Below are positions 55,969 through 64,000 of a stretch of DNA of 64,000 nt, piece by piece. Each line of letters begins with the position of its first letter. Position 1 is the stretch's first letter. Position numbers and translations under genes: made by a program. This DNA is from an uncultured Acidobacteriota bacterium (GTDB lineage Bacteria; Acidobacteriota; Blastocatellia; Pyrinomonadales; Pyrinomonadaceae): assembly GCA_963789185.1 (NCBI GenBank), contig CAWBJU010000020.1, positions 47,304 through 111,303 of the forward strand, given 5' to 3'. The notes under the pieces are model-generated. The model made no database searches. It had not been told where the DNA came from and saw nothing but the letters and a program-made list of their open reading frames with translations.

Positions 55969-57521
55969 CTTAACTTTCTAAAACTCCCTAAGAATCTTGG
56001 CCTGGCTACCAATCGAACAACCAACAGCATTGCTGTGATCGCGGCGCAAATGTGGGCGAACAGATCGCCGTGCTTCGTGTAAAACGTGTCGTGCTTGCCC
56101 GATGGCCCGACTTGCCAGTTTCGGACATCCGCTTGAAATGGCGCGGTCAGATCCTGCACGGCGCCAATCGCTGAAATCTTTGCTGTCAGACCGGTGTTCG
56201 TGACTCGCAGCAGCGGTCGCCCATTCTCAGCGGCGCGAAAGATCGCATTCGCCAGGTGCTGACGCATCACCGCTGTTGGTCCAAGGTAACCATCGTTGGA
56301 GATATTGATCAGCAAGTCGGCGCCTTCGGCGGTCATCCTGCGTGCGATCCACGGATAGGCTGACTCGATACAAATGAAGACGCCTGCTCGATGATCCGCG
56401 ATCGGCATCAACGTGTACTTGTCGCCTGGAGTGAACTCACCGACGATCCCAGATATCAAAGACGCTCCCGGTAACCATTGAGGGAGCGGGACATATTCGC
56501 CAAACGGCATCAGGCGAATCTTATCATATTGCGCGATCAGGCGGCCCTCTTCATTTACGAGCAACGCTGAGTTGTACGAACCGTCACCCGGTGCTGGTTC
56601 GAGTGAATTGAACAAGAGCGAGGTTCGGTTTGTCTTCGTGAAGCCGGCGATCCCAGTCTGCAAAGTTATATCGGAAGAGTAGGTGAAGTTCATCGGCGAC
56701 TCGGGCCAGATGACGAGTCGCGGTATTTCAGAGGAAACAGAGTTCAATGTGTCTCTGCTCATTGTCAGGTGACGCACGCGTAGTTGATTCAGTTCATCTG
56801 TGGTCTTGGCGGTTGTCATCGGCACGTTTGGTTGTAACGCGACGACGTTCACGTAAGGTTTCGAGTAGGAGTTCTTGGTGGCAAGCAACGACGAGTAACC
56901 AACTACCGCAGCGACCAGACCGATGAAAAGTATCGCCGAAGCAACGGACCAAATAGCTCCTCTCGCGAGAATCGCGAACGCAATCGCCGCGTTGACCAAG
57001 ACGATCAAGAAGCTGACTGCGTAAACTCCACCCCATGTCGCCGGTCCAAGCAGGAACGAGTGGAAAGCTTGCGAGTAGCCGAGTGCGTTCCACAGTTGCC
57101 CCGTCACACCTAGTCGGGCCCACTCGAAGGCGGTCCAAAACACCGGCGCGAGTAGAACCAACCCGATACCCCAGCGCTTGATCGCCATCGCTGCCACCAT
57201 CATCGACAGACCCGGAAAGATCCCGATCACAATTGCTGGTGGAATTAGTGAGGCGTAGGCAACGACCGTCGGCAGACCGCCGTAGTGGATCATCGAGTAG
57301 GTGAGCCAGTAGCAGGTCGTATAAAAGAAGACGGTTCCAACCGCCCAGCCGAGGATCAACGCCCGCAGCGGCGACGGTCGTCGGGCCATCACCACGAGCA
57401 GCGGCACCAGTGCGATCCACGCGAGAAAGAAGAACTCGAAATTCGGAAACGAGAGGATCAGCGGGAGGGTCGTCGCACCCGCCGCGACCCATTCAGAGGA
57501 TGTAGGTAATGCTTGCCGCAC
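55965..57521 (-). CDS. lnt: Apolipoprotein N-acyltransferase Lnt
   Basis: Multi-TM N-terminal half and a CN-hydrolase domain with WPESPMNF, a conserved K, and VFICIESAYP (Cys nucleophile). Confidence 0.9.
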   Translation of the reverse strand: MRQALPTSSEWVAAGATTLPLILSFPNFEFFFLAWIALVPLLVVMARRPSPLRALILGWAVGTVFFYTTCYWLTYSMIHYGGLPTVVAYASLIPPAIVIGIFPGLSMMVAAMAIKRWGIGLVLLAPVFWTAFEWARLGVTGQLWNALGYSQAFHSFLLGPATWGGVYAVSFLIVLVNAAIAFAILARGAIWSVASAILFIGLVAAVVGYSSLLATKNSYSKPYVNVVALQPNVPMTTAKTTDELNQLRVRHLTMSRDTLNSVSSEIPRLVIWPESPMNFTYSSDITLQTGIAGFTKTNRTSLLFNSLEPAPGDGSYNSALLVNEEGRLIAQYDKIRLMPFGEYVPLPQWLPGASLISGIVGEFTPGDKYTLMPIADHRAGVFICIESAYPWIARRMTAEGADLLINISNDGYLGPTAVMRQHLANAIFRAAENGRPLLRVTNTGLTAKISAIGAVQDLTAPFQADVRNWQVGPSGKHDTFYTKHGDLFAHICAAITAMLLVVRLVARPRFLGSFRKLR

Positions 57522-57715
57522 TGCGCCGTCAGTGTAGCAAAAGTACCGGAAAATATTTTTTCGCGCGGGCCGAAACCGGTTGACTGAGTTGCGTCAATTC
57601 GCCGAAAAATGGCTCAAAAAGACAGAAACCGTCACTGTCAAAGTGACAAATTTCGTCGCTCACCAACAAAGTGTCGGAGATTGGGTTGAGACTCGGAATG
57701 TGGAATGAAGGTACT

Positions 57716-57751
57716 TAAAAAGCGGGAAGACCCGGCCAATTTCGCCGGGTC
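57716..57751 (-). terminator. Possible intrinsic terminator after the TPR gene
   Basis: The minus strand reads GACCCGGC-GAAATTG-GCCGGGTC followed by TTCCCGCTTTTT. The T-run is 7 nt away from the stem, so this is weak. Confidence 0.35.
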
Positions 57752-57909
57752 CACGTTTCGGGGGGAAGCACTGAAGGGTCGCTCGGAAGGTTAGCTGGCG
57801 CAGCGGCAGGCGGCGCTCAGGGGATGTTGGCGGCGGGGGCACGGTCAACTTTTTCGTGTATTCCGTGTCGTGCCGGTTATCCCTTGAGCACCTCGCGTGC
57901 CACAAACCT

Positions 57910-59715
57910 TCAGTTTCCCATTGTGACTTGTCGTTGGAGAGCGATCGCCTCCTGGTTATTCGGATCGATCGTTATTGCGCCCAGCGCATACTTGCGCGCC
58001 TCACCTCGATCGCCGCGATCGAGAAAGATCCGACCCAAAAGAATGTAAGCGTCGATCAGTTTCGGATCCCAGAAGATCGCAGTCTTGAGCGCGGCGATTG
58101 CGGCTTCCTGATCGCTGCGACGAAGATTGATTCGTCCGCTGAGCAAGTAAGCCTCGGCGTTTGTCGGTTCTATCATGACCACGCGATGCAGTTCTGGCAG
58201 TGCTTCGTCGTCGCGTCCAGCCTGATAAAGATCGCGCGCCTTAATGAGCAGATCCTGCGTCGCCGAGCTTGGCGTCTCGGCATTGGCGGTCGCCAGCATC
58301 TTGGTGCGTTCCAGATCGAAAACTTCATCACGATTCAAAACATCGCGCATGCGCAGGTTCACGCCGCTGGTCGTTTGCGACTTCTGCCACTCGGTTTCCC
58401 AACGGGCGTACGACGTTTGGAGAAAACGGCGGGCCTGGTCGTCAGCGGCGGTCGCCGCTTCGGTCTTGCCAGTTTTCGCCAGCGATTTCGCAAACAGGAA
58501 ATACGCCTGTCCATCGCGCTGATCGTTGGTGATTACCGGACGAAGATGGTCGGCGGCTTCATTGAACTTGCCTTGCAGGAACAAAGCGTAAGCGTAATTG
58601 AACCGGACCATCGGGTCCGACGGCGCTGACTCGTACGCTCGCGCGAGAAAGTCGCTGGCCTGCGCGAGCAGCCGTTTCTTTTCGGCGTCATTCTTGTTCT
58701 CGCGCGCTGCCTGCACCGCTACCGCACCGGCGTTGTTGTAGACGCCAATCAACGGCAGATCGCTGGAGAGCGGGACGATCGTCGCGAGGGCGCGCCCGTA
58801 GTCTCCGAGCTTCATGTAGCCGAGGCTCGCGTAAAACGCTGCTTCCGCGTAGTGCGGCTCTTTTTTCTGAATCCGTGAAAAGTACTCGGTAGCTTCTTTC
58901 CAATTACCGAGACTCATGTAACTGAGTCCAAGCTCAAACGCCGCCTGCGGATAACTCGCTCCGCCTAATGCTTCGGCGTAGTAGTGCAGCGCATTCTTGA
59001 GATAGTTGGTGCGCGTTTCAGAGCGCAGGTCGAGCTGGACGGCTTTCACATAAGCTTCGAAAGCCTTCTGCGGGATCTTGGTCGCTTCCTGGACGATCTG
59101 GTTTTGCGAGAACGGCAGCGCTTTGTCGCGTTGATAGAGAATCTGGTACGCGAGCCGGCCGTGAATGTCCTGGAGTGTCGTCAGCGCGCCGCCGTAGTCA
59201 AACTGGCGCGTCGCCCAACCACCATCCATCACTTCGCCGAGCGTGCGGCCTTCGTTGACCTTGATCACGCGCGCAGTGACTTGAACGTAAGCGTCTGCGG
59301 GAACTTTGTCTTTATTGTCTCCACTAATTGCGGGTGGCGTTACCGAGTAGTTGCCGACGACGATCATCGTCGCTTTTGCCTGGCGGGCGAGCTTGATGGC
59401 AGTCGCTCGCGAGGGGATGACTGTTTTCGGTAGACGCAGGCGCTGATAAGCGAGTTCACGCTCGTCGCTCGAGACTACGATCAAACCGGGCTTGTTCAAC
59501 AGCTCGGCGATCGCATCGGCGAAACTCTCGCCGACCCAGTTGTATTCGGCGCGATTGGAGGTGTTTTCGAACGGCAGGACCATCACCACGTCGGCCGCCG
59601 GATTCTGTGTCCGCGCGACCGTAAACTGTGGAACGATTACCGTTGTAAGAACAAGGGCAACAACTAATTTCAAACTCAAAACTCGCATGCGGTCATGGTA
59701 GCAGAAAAGGCCCAA
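57910..59715 (-). CDS. Secreted TPR repeat protein with a TolB-N-like N-terminal domain
   Basis: Signal peptide, VVMVLPFENTSNRAEYNWVGESFADAIAELL, then more than 8 TPR-like repeats. Confidence 0.75.
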   Translation of the reverse strand: MGLFCYHDRMRVLSLKLVVALVLTTVIVPQFTVARTQNPAADVVMVLPFENTSNRAEYNWVGESFADAIAELLNKPGLIVVSSDERELAYQRLRLPKTVIPSRATAIKLARQAKATMIVVGNYSVTPPAISGDNKDKVPADAYVQVTARVIKVNEGRTLGEVMDGGWATRQFDYGGALTTLQDIHGRLAYQILYQRDKALPFSQNQIVQEATKIPQKAFEAYVKAVQLDLRSETRTNYLKNALHYYAEALGGASYPQAAFELGLSYMSLGNWKEATEYFSRIQKKEPHYAEAAFYASLGYMKLGDYGRALATIVPLSSDLPLIGVYNNAGAVAVQAARENKNDAEKKRLLAQASDFLARAYESAPSDPMVRFNYAYALFLQGKFNEAADHLRPVITNDQRDGQAYFLFAKSLAKTGKTEAATAADDQARRFLQTSYARWETEWQKSQTTSGVNLRMRDVLNRDEVFDLERTKMLATANAETPSSATQDLLIKARDLYQAGRDDEALPELHRVVMIEPTNAEAYLLSGRINLRRSDQEAAIAALKTAIFWDPKLIDAYILLGRIFLDRGDRGEARKYALGAITIDPNNQEAIALQRQVTMGN

Positions 59716-59799
59716 AAGCCTTAAGTGCGATGTGTCTGATGGATTTGTGAGTGTTTGTGTTGTCCGTGTTTTTGTTACACGGATTTGAAGGATAAAGCG

Positions 59800-62025
59800 T
59801 TACATCGAGTAGCCGACGACAACGACTTCATCAGCCAAATGAGGACCGAACTGCGACTCCGAAACCGTATCACGATGCGCATCCTTCGCGAGCAGACGCA
59901 CGACGCCTTCGTTATCGACCGGTTGCGAGAACAGAAAACCCTGACCGTATTCGCAACCCAGCATCCGCAACTGCTGATACTGCTCCTCGGTCTCGATTCC
60001 TTCCGCGATCACTTCCATCCCGAGATTCCGAGCGAGCGTTGAAATCGTGCGAACAATCGCGTTGTCGTTATCGGTCGTAAGACGCATCACAAACGAGCGA
60101 TCGATCTTCAGGTAGTTCAACGGGAACCGATGGAGATAACTCAGCGACGAGTAACCCGTGCCGAAGTCGTCAATGCTCAACTGAACACCCAGCGAGCGCA
60201 GTTGTTTGAACATCAACGCCGCCGCTTCCGCGTTCTCCATGACGACGCTTTCCGTGATCTCGAGTTTCAAACAGTGCGGACTGAGCCTGCTCCTTTCGAG
60301 CGCTTCCTTGATGCGCTCGAGCAGATCACTCTGCGCTACTTGTCGCGCCGAGAGATTGACGCTCAAGCATAACGAACGATGTCCGGGCGACGCGATCTGC
60401 CACTCACGAATACGAGTACAGCTTTCTGTCAAAACCCATTCACCAATCGGAACAATCAAACCGGTTTCTTCAGCCACCGGAATAAAGTCCGCGGGCGAAA
60501 CCAGTCCTCGTCGCGGATGGTTCCAGCGCACGAGCGCTTCAAACCCTGCGAGCCGTCCTGTTTCCAGCGAAACGATCGGCTGGTAGTAAACACAAAATTC
60601 CTTCTGTTCGACGGCCTGACGAAGATCGCTCTCGAGTTGCAACCGCGACACAGCGCGTGCGTGCATACCGTGGTCAAACACTTCGTAACGCGCCTTGCCG
60701 TTCTCCTTCGCGCGATACATCGCAGTGTCAGCGTCGCGCAGAATGTCTTCCGGTTTGTCGTAGCCGGTTGAACTGAGCGCGATGCCGATACTCGACGTCG
60801 CAAACGCAGAATTCTTATCGAGCACGAACGGCTGGCTGAGTTCGTTCTGAATTCGTTGAGCAACGCGCACCGCATCCGTCGTGTCGCTCATGCCGCTGAG
60901 CAGGATCGCAAACTCATCGCCGCCAAAGCGTGCAAGTGTATCGACTGGACGCAGCGTGCGCTCGAGTCGTTCAGCAAACGCGACGAGCAGTAGATCGCCG
61001 TGCGTGTGACCAAGACTGTCGTTGATGTTCTTGAAACGGTCGAGATCCAGGAAAAGCACCGCGAACATGTGGTCCGACTGCCGTTTGGAACTTTCGATCT
61101 CCGCCTGAAGCAACTGCGTAAACATGCCGCGATTCGGCAGACCCGTGAGTGAGTCGTGAAACGCTGCGTGACGGAAGTGTTCCTTCGTCTCTTCCAGTAC
61201 CCGGCTAATGCGTTCCTGTTCGACGATGTAGTTGTTGAGTTCGAGAACGTGACGCTCCGCTTGTTCAGCGCGTTCGTGTTCGCTCTCGGCACGTCGACGT
61301 TCAGCTTCCTCGGCATAACGCGCTGAGGCCTTAACTTCGCGCATGTAACGGTCGTAACTGAAGTAGACGATGATGATGATCGGAATACATACGAGCAGGG
61401 CCCAGATGCGGGAGGTGCCCATGCTGCTGAGGATGAATCCTGCGCCTGCCGCACCGGAAAAATAACTGATCGAAATCCAGAGAAAATTGCGGCTCCACAT
61501 GTGCCAGATCGTTTCGCCTGTTTTGAAGGCGGTGGCCATCGCGCCGATCATAGTGTGGACCAGATACTGGACCAGCCCCATCAAACATAGAGCGCTGATG
61601 GCAATGCCAAGGTCAGATGTGAGCAGGTCTGTAGTTGACCCAAAGACGAGTTTTAAAACGGTTCCGGTGGCGAAAACAGCGCACGCCAGTGCGCCCCCGC
61701 CGAACGCGACGGTGCGAACCTTGCGACTGATTCTCAGCCCTGCGCAAACACCCGCGAGCGCGCCAACCAGCACGCCCGCCTCCCCGCCGTACTGCAGTAA
61801 AGCGATAAAAACGAACGTGTCTTCGACCGTGATATTGACGTTAACTTGCGGGATGCGAATCGCGATGCGCGATCCGATCGCAGCAGTCACGATCGCCAGC
61901 AGGAAGAAATAGCCGTCGATCCTATTTGGCGGGAGATTGAAGGCGGCATAGAGGCAGGCCGCAGCGCCTGCCGCTACGACCAGCCACATGAAATTGCCCT
62001 GTAGGTTTTTGTGTAGGTTTTTCAT
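59800..62025 (-). CDS. Membrane-bound GGDEF/EAL protein (diguanylate cyclase/phosphodiesterase)
   Basis: About 7-8 N-terminal TM helices, RFGGDEFAILL, EALVRWNHP, DDFGTGYSSL. Confidence 0.9.
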   Translation of the reverse strand: MKNLHKNLQGNFMWLVVAAGAAACLYAAFNLPPNRIDGYFFLLAIVTAAIGSRIAIRIPQVNVNITVEDTFVFIALLQYGGEAGVLVGALAGVCAGLRISRKVRTVAFGGGALACAVFATGTVLKLVFGSTTDLLTSDLGIAISALCLMGLVQYLVHTMIGAMATAFKTGETIWHMWSRNFLWISISYFSGAAGAGFILSSMGTSRIWALLVCIPIIIIVYFSYDRYMREVKASARYAEEAERRRAESEHERAEQAERHVLELNNYIVEQERISRVLEETKEHFRHAAFHDSLTGLPNRGMFTQLLQAEIESSKRQSDHMFAVLFLDLDRFKNINDSLGHTHGDLLLVAFAERLERTLRPVDTLARFGGDEFAILLSGMSDTTDAVRVAQRIQNELSQPFVLDKNSAFATSSIGIALSSTGYDKPEDILRDADTAMYRAKENGKARYEVFDHGMHARAVSRLQLESDLRQAVEQKEFCVYYQPIVSLETGRLAGFEALVRWNHPRRGLVSPADFIPVAEETGLIVPIGEWVLTESCTRIREWQIASPGHRSLCLSVNLSARQVAQSDLLERIKEALERSRLSPHCLKLEITESVVMENAEAAALMFKQLRSLGVQLSIDDFGTGYSSLSYLHRFPLNYLKIDRSFVMRLTTDNDNAIVRTISTLARNLGMEVIAEGIETEEQYQQLRMLGCEYGQGFLFSQPVDNEGVVRLLAKDAHRDTVSESQFGPHLADEVVVVGYSM

Positions 62026-62055
62026 TCCCGCACGAACTGAATACTGGTCAGCCTT

Positions 62056-63990
62056 TTACTTCATTCCCGGCCCACTATCGCCGAGTGAACAATCGCCGAC
62101 CGCAAAGCCATCGCCGACTGCGAAACCATCGCCGACCGCAAAGCCGTCGCCGACTGCGAAACCATCGCCGACTGCGAAACCGTCACCCATGGCAAAGCCG
62201 TCGCCGATCGCGAAGCCGTCGCCCAACAGCAGCACGTTGTTGAAGAACTGTGCACCGCCAAACAGCGCGGAACCATCGCTCTTCATCAGGTAGTTGCCGA
62301 TCACGACTGTTTTCACCCACATGGTGTTATTGAGACTTTGCGACCACATTCCTTCAGTGACGCCGTCGCCGAGCAGGTAGCCTTTGCCATAACTGACCTG
62401 GTACTTGGTGATGAGGTCTTTGCCGGTGATCGTGGTTCGTTTGAGAACTAGTCCCTGGGTCCAGATGAAAGTGAAACCCGAGATCGTAGTTTGCGGAGCA
62501 GGAGCCGACTGCGTCAGGAAATTGGATCCGAAGGTCGGTTTTAGCAGGCCTAAGAGGTCGCCGCGAATGATTTTGGCGAGAGCCACGGCGCCCGCGACGT
62601 TGAGTTGACCAGCGCCCTGTTCGAAGGTGTTGAAGCCTTCGAGCGGCTGCGCTGTGTACATTAGTAACATTTTGACGACGTTAGGCGTCAAGCTCGAATT
62701 TGTTTCCAACAGGAGAGCGGCTGCGCCGGCAACCATGGGCGCCGACATCGACGTACCGCTGAGGTACATCAGCTTCATGTTGGTGGTTGAGTATTTATTC
62801 GTCGCCAGTTCGGGATATTTCTTGACGAGATTGTTATTGAGAGCTTCGGCGGAGATGATCTTGTTACCCGGCGCGACGAGATCCGGTTTGATCAGGTTGT
62901 CGTAGTGTTTCAGACCATATTCGTCTGTCGAATAGCCGCGCGTTGGACCACGCGAGCTGTAGCTGGTGACTTCGTCTTCGTGACGCGAGTCAGTACCGAA
63001 GCTATTGCTGGCGCCGACGGTGATGGCCGAAGGTTCGATGCCAGGGTTGTGAATCCCACCATAAATCTTCTGTCCGTCGTCGGTTTTGCCGATGTTTCCC
63101 GCGGCCGCGACGACCACCACACCGGAATCGACCAGCTTGCGAACAGCGTTGCACAACGGGTCGTCCTGGTAAGAGTTGATTGCGCGCGTGCCGAGACTCA
63201 GGTTCACAACGCGGACGCCATAGTTACTCTTGTTGGCAATCAGCCAATCGAGCGCGGCCAGCACGCCTGAAACTGATCCGACACCCTGCGAGTTCAGGAC
63301 GCGTAAATTGACGAGGCTTGCCTTGGGCGCGATGCCTTCGTAAGCACCGCCTGTGGCCGCACCATCGCCCGCCGCGATCGCCGCGACGTGTGTTCCATGA
63401 CCCCACGGGTCGTCGATGCGGTTCTCCCCGGTGAAATCTTTGCTGAATTTGATCTTGCCGCTGACTGCGAATGACTTGTGCTTAGAGTCGATGCCGGAAT
63501 CGAGGATGGCGATCGTCATACCCGAGCCGTCGATGTTGTCGGGCAGTCCAAGCAGACCCTTGCGTTCGCGAATTTGCTGCGTGCCGGTCGTCGTCGTGAT
63601 GTGGCCCGATGCGCTTACGGGTGCGTCGAGAGAAACATAAGTGACATCCGGATCGGCAGCGATCTGTTCAACCGAACTCGCTACCGTATCAATGATGCGA
63701 ATGTTCAGATTTGAAAGCAGGCCGACGACGAGGCCTCCGACGGTGTTGAGCAATCCGCCGAGTAGACCCGCTGGAGCGGCTGGCTTTGTTTGCACGATGA
63801 CTTTAACGCGGCGGTTGCTGTCACCCGATAGAAGCAGTTGGCGCAAGTCGGGCGAGATCTTGCTCGTTAAGAGGTTCGCTTGATTGCTCGCGGCTTCCGC
63901 CTTCGTGTTGGTCGAAATTATCAGCGCCGAGCCGAGTGAGAGCAGCAGGGCGACACTCACAAGTCGTTTCCATGGTTGGGGGCGAAACAT
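62056..63990 (-). CDS. S8 family (subtilisin-like) serine peptidase with a C-terminal GDGFAx repeat tail
   Basis: Signal peptide. Catalytic motifs AILDSGID, HGTHVAAIAAG and GTSMSAPMVAGAAALL. Confidence 0.9.
   Translation of the reverse strand: MFRPQPWKRLVSVALLLSLGSALIISTNTKAEAASNQANLLTSKISPDLRQLLLSGDSNRRVKVIVQTKPAAPAGLLGGLLNTVGGLVVGLLSNLNIRIIDTVASSVEQIAADPDVTYVSLDAPVSASGHITTTTGTQQIRERKGLLGLPDNIDGSGMTIAILDSGIDSKHKSFAVSGKIKFSKDFTGENRIDDPWGHGTHVAAIAAGDGAATGGAYEGIAPKASLVNLRVLNSQGVGSVSGVLAALDWLIANKSNYGVRVVNLSLGTRAINSYQDDPLCNAVRKLVDSGVVVVAAAGNIGKTDDGQKIYGGIHNPGIEPSAITVGASNSFGTDSRHEDEVTSYSSRGPTRGYSTDEYGLKHYDNLIKPDLVAPGNKIISAEALNNNLVKKYPELATNKYSTTNMKLMYLSGTSMSAPMVAGAAALLLETNSSLTPNVVKMLLMYTAQPLEGFNTFEQGAGQLNVAGAVALAKIIRGDLLGLLKPTFGSNFLTQSAPAPQTTISGFTFIWTQGLVLKRTTITGKDLITKYQVSYGKGYLLGDGVTEGMWSQSLNNTMWVKTVVIGNYLMKSDGSALFGGAQFFNNVLLLGDGFAIGDGFAMGDGFAVGDGFAVGDGFAVGDGFAVGDGFAVGDCSLGDSGPGMK
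62095..62225 (-). repeat. 18-bp coding tandem repeat, about 7 units, encoding GDGFA(I/M/V)
   Basis: The DNA unit GCCGAC[CT]GC[AG]AA[AG]CC[AG]TC is repeated head to tail. The protein reads GDGFAIGDGFAMGDGFAVGDGFAVGDGFAVGDGFAVGDGFAVGDCSLGDSGPGMK-stop. Confidence 0.85.
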
Positions 63991-64000
63991 TCAATTTTCT

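Noticed and set aside
57522-57909. A 388-nt non-coding gap upstream of lnt, examined as a possible ncRNA (SRP RNA, RNase P, tmRNA, 6S) or riboswitch; also ORF 57660-57905 (81 aa)
   Set aside because: It contains hairpins (GTCACT...AGTGAC and GACCCGGC...GCCGGGTC). None of the conserved cores I know is present (SRP GGAAGCAGCC-type loop, RNase P GAGGAAAGUCC, tmRNA ends). The ORF has no ribosome-binding site and an odd composition. A covariance-model scan would be needed to say more.
61988-62293. Plus-strand ORF encoding PTAKPS repeats, and the idea that the 18-bp repeat at 62095-62225 is a CRISPR-like array
   Set aside because: The repeats are contiguous with no spacers and lie in frame inside the S8 protease ORF. 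The PTAKPS ORF is its mirror image.

Overview
Dense, mostly minus-strand bacterial chromosome segment with about 60 protein genes. I see no rRNA, tRNA, CRISPR array, transposase or integrase. The gene content suggests an Acidobacteriota-like soil bacterium (inference only): a PadR regulator with a duplicated-FtsX (ADOP-type) permease, a DUF1800/DUF1501 pair, several sigma-54 two-component systems, an ECF sigma/anti-sigma pair and many TPR proteins. Blocks in order: (i) 0-3.5 kb, an edge-truncated acyltransferase and two-component genes. (ii) 4-11.6 kb, type IV pilus block pilS-pilR, two pilins and an ABC transporter. (iii) 11.6-14.7 kb, PadR and the ADOP permease. (iv) 14.7-16.3 kb, an AT-rich orphan islet. 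(v) 16.3-20.7 kb, a sigma-54-driven unit encoding a Lys/Glu-repeat protein, a degenerate ATP-grasp paralogue, a full ATP-grasp ligase and a hybrid histidine kinase; this is my top candidate for an undescribed system. (vi) 20.9-26.3 kb, pilB-orf-pilT-pilC. (vii) A TPR protein and queC/queE. (viii) 29.3-36.1 kb, ECF sigma, anti-sigma, M28 peptidase, DUF1800 and DUF1501. (ix) modB, a membrane protein, birA, a glycosyltransferase, coaX and rlmD. (x) 42.0-46.6 kb, a lower-GC island with a giant ParA/MinD-like (KGGTGR) ATPase-TM-WD40 gene preceded by a decayed TIR-like gene. (xi) comEC, modA, a cupin, glycerate kinase, ftsK, prfB with its programmed +1 frameshift, lnt, a TPR protein, GGDEF-EAL, and an S8 protease carrying a GDGFAV tandem repeat. 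At least four ordinary genes (coaX, rlmD, glycerate kinase, ftsK) are split by single frame changes. Either the assembly carries indel errors or the genome is decaying. All product calls come from motif-level reading of the translations; no database search was possible.
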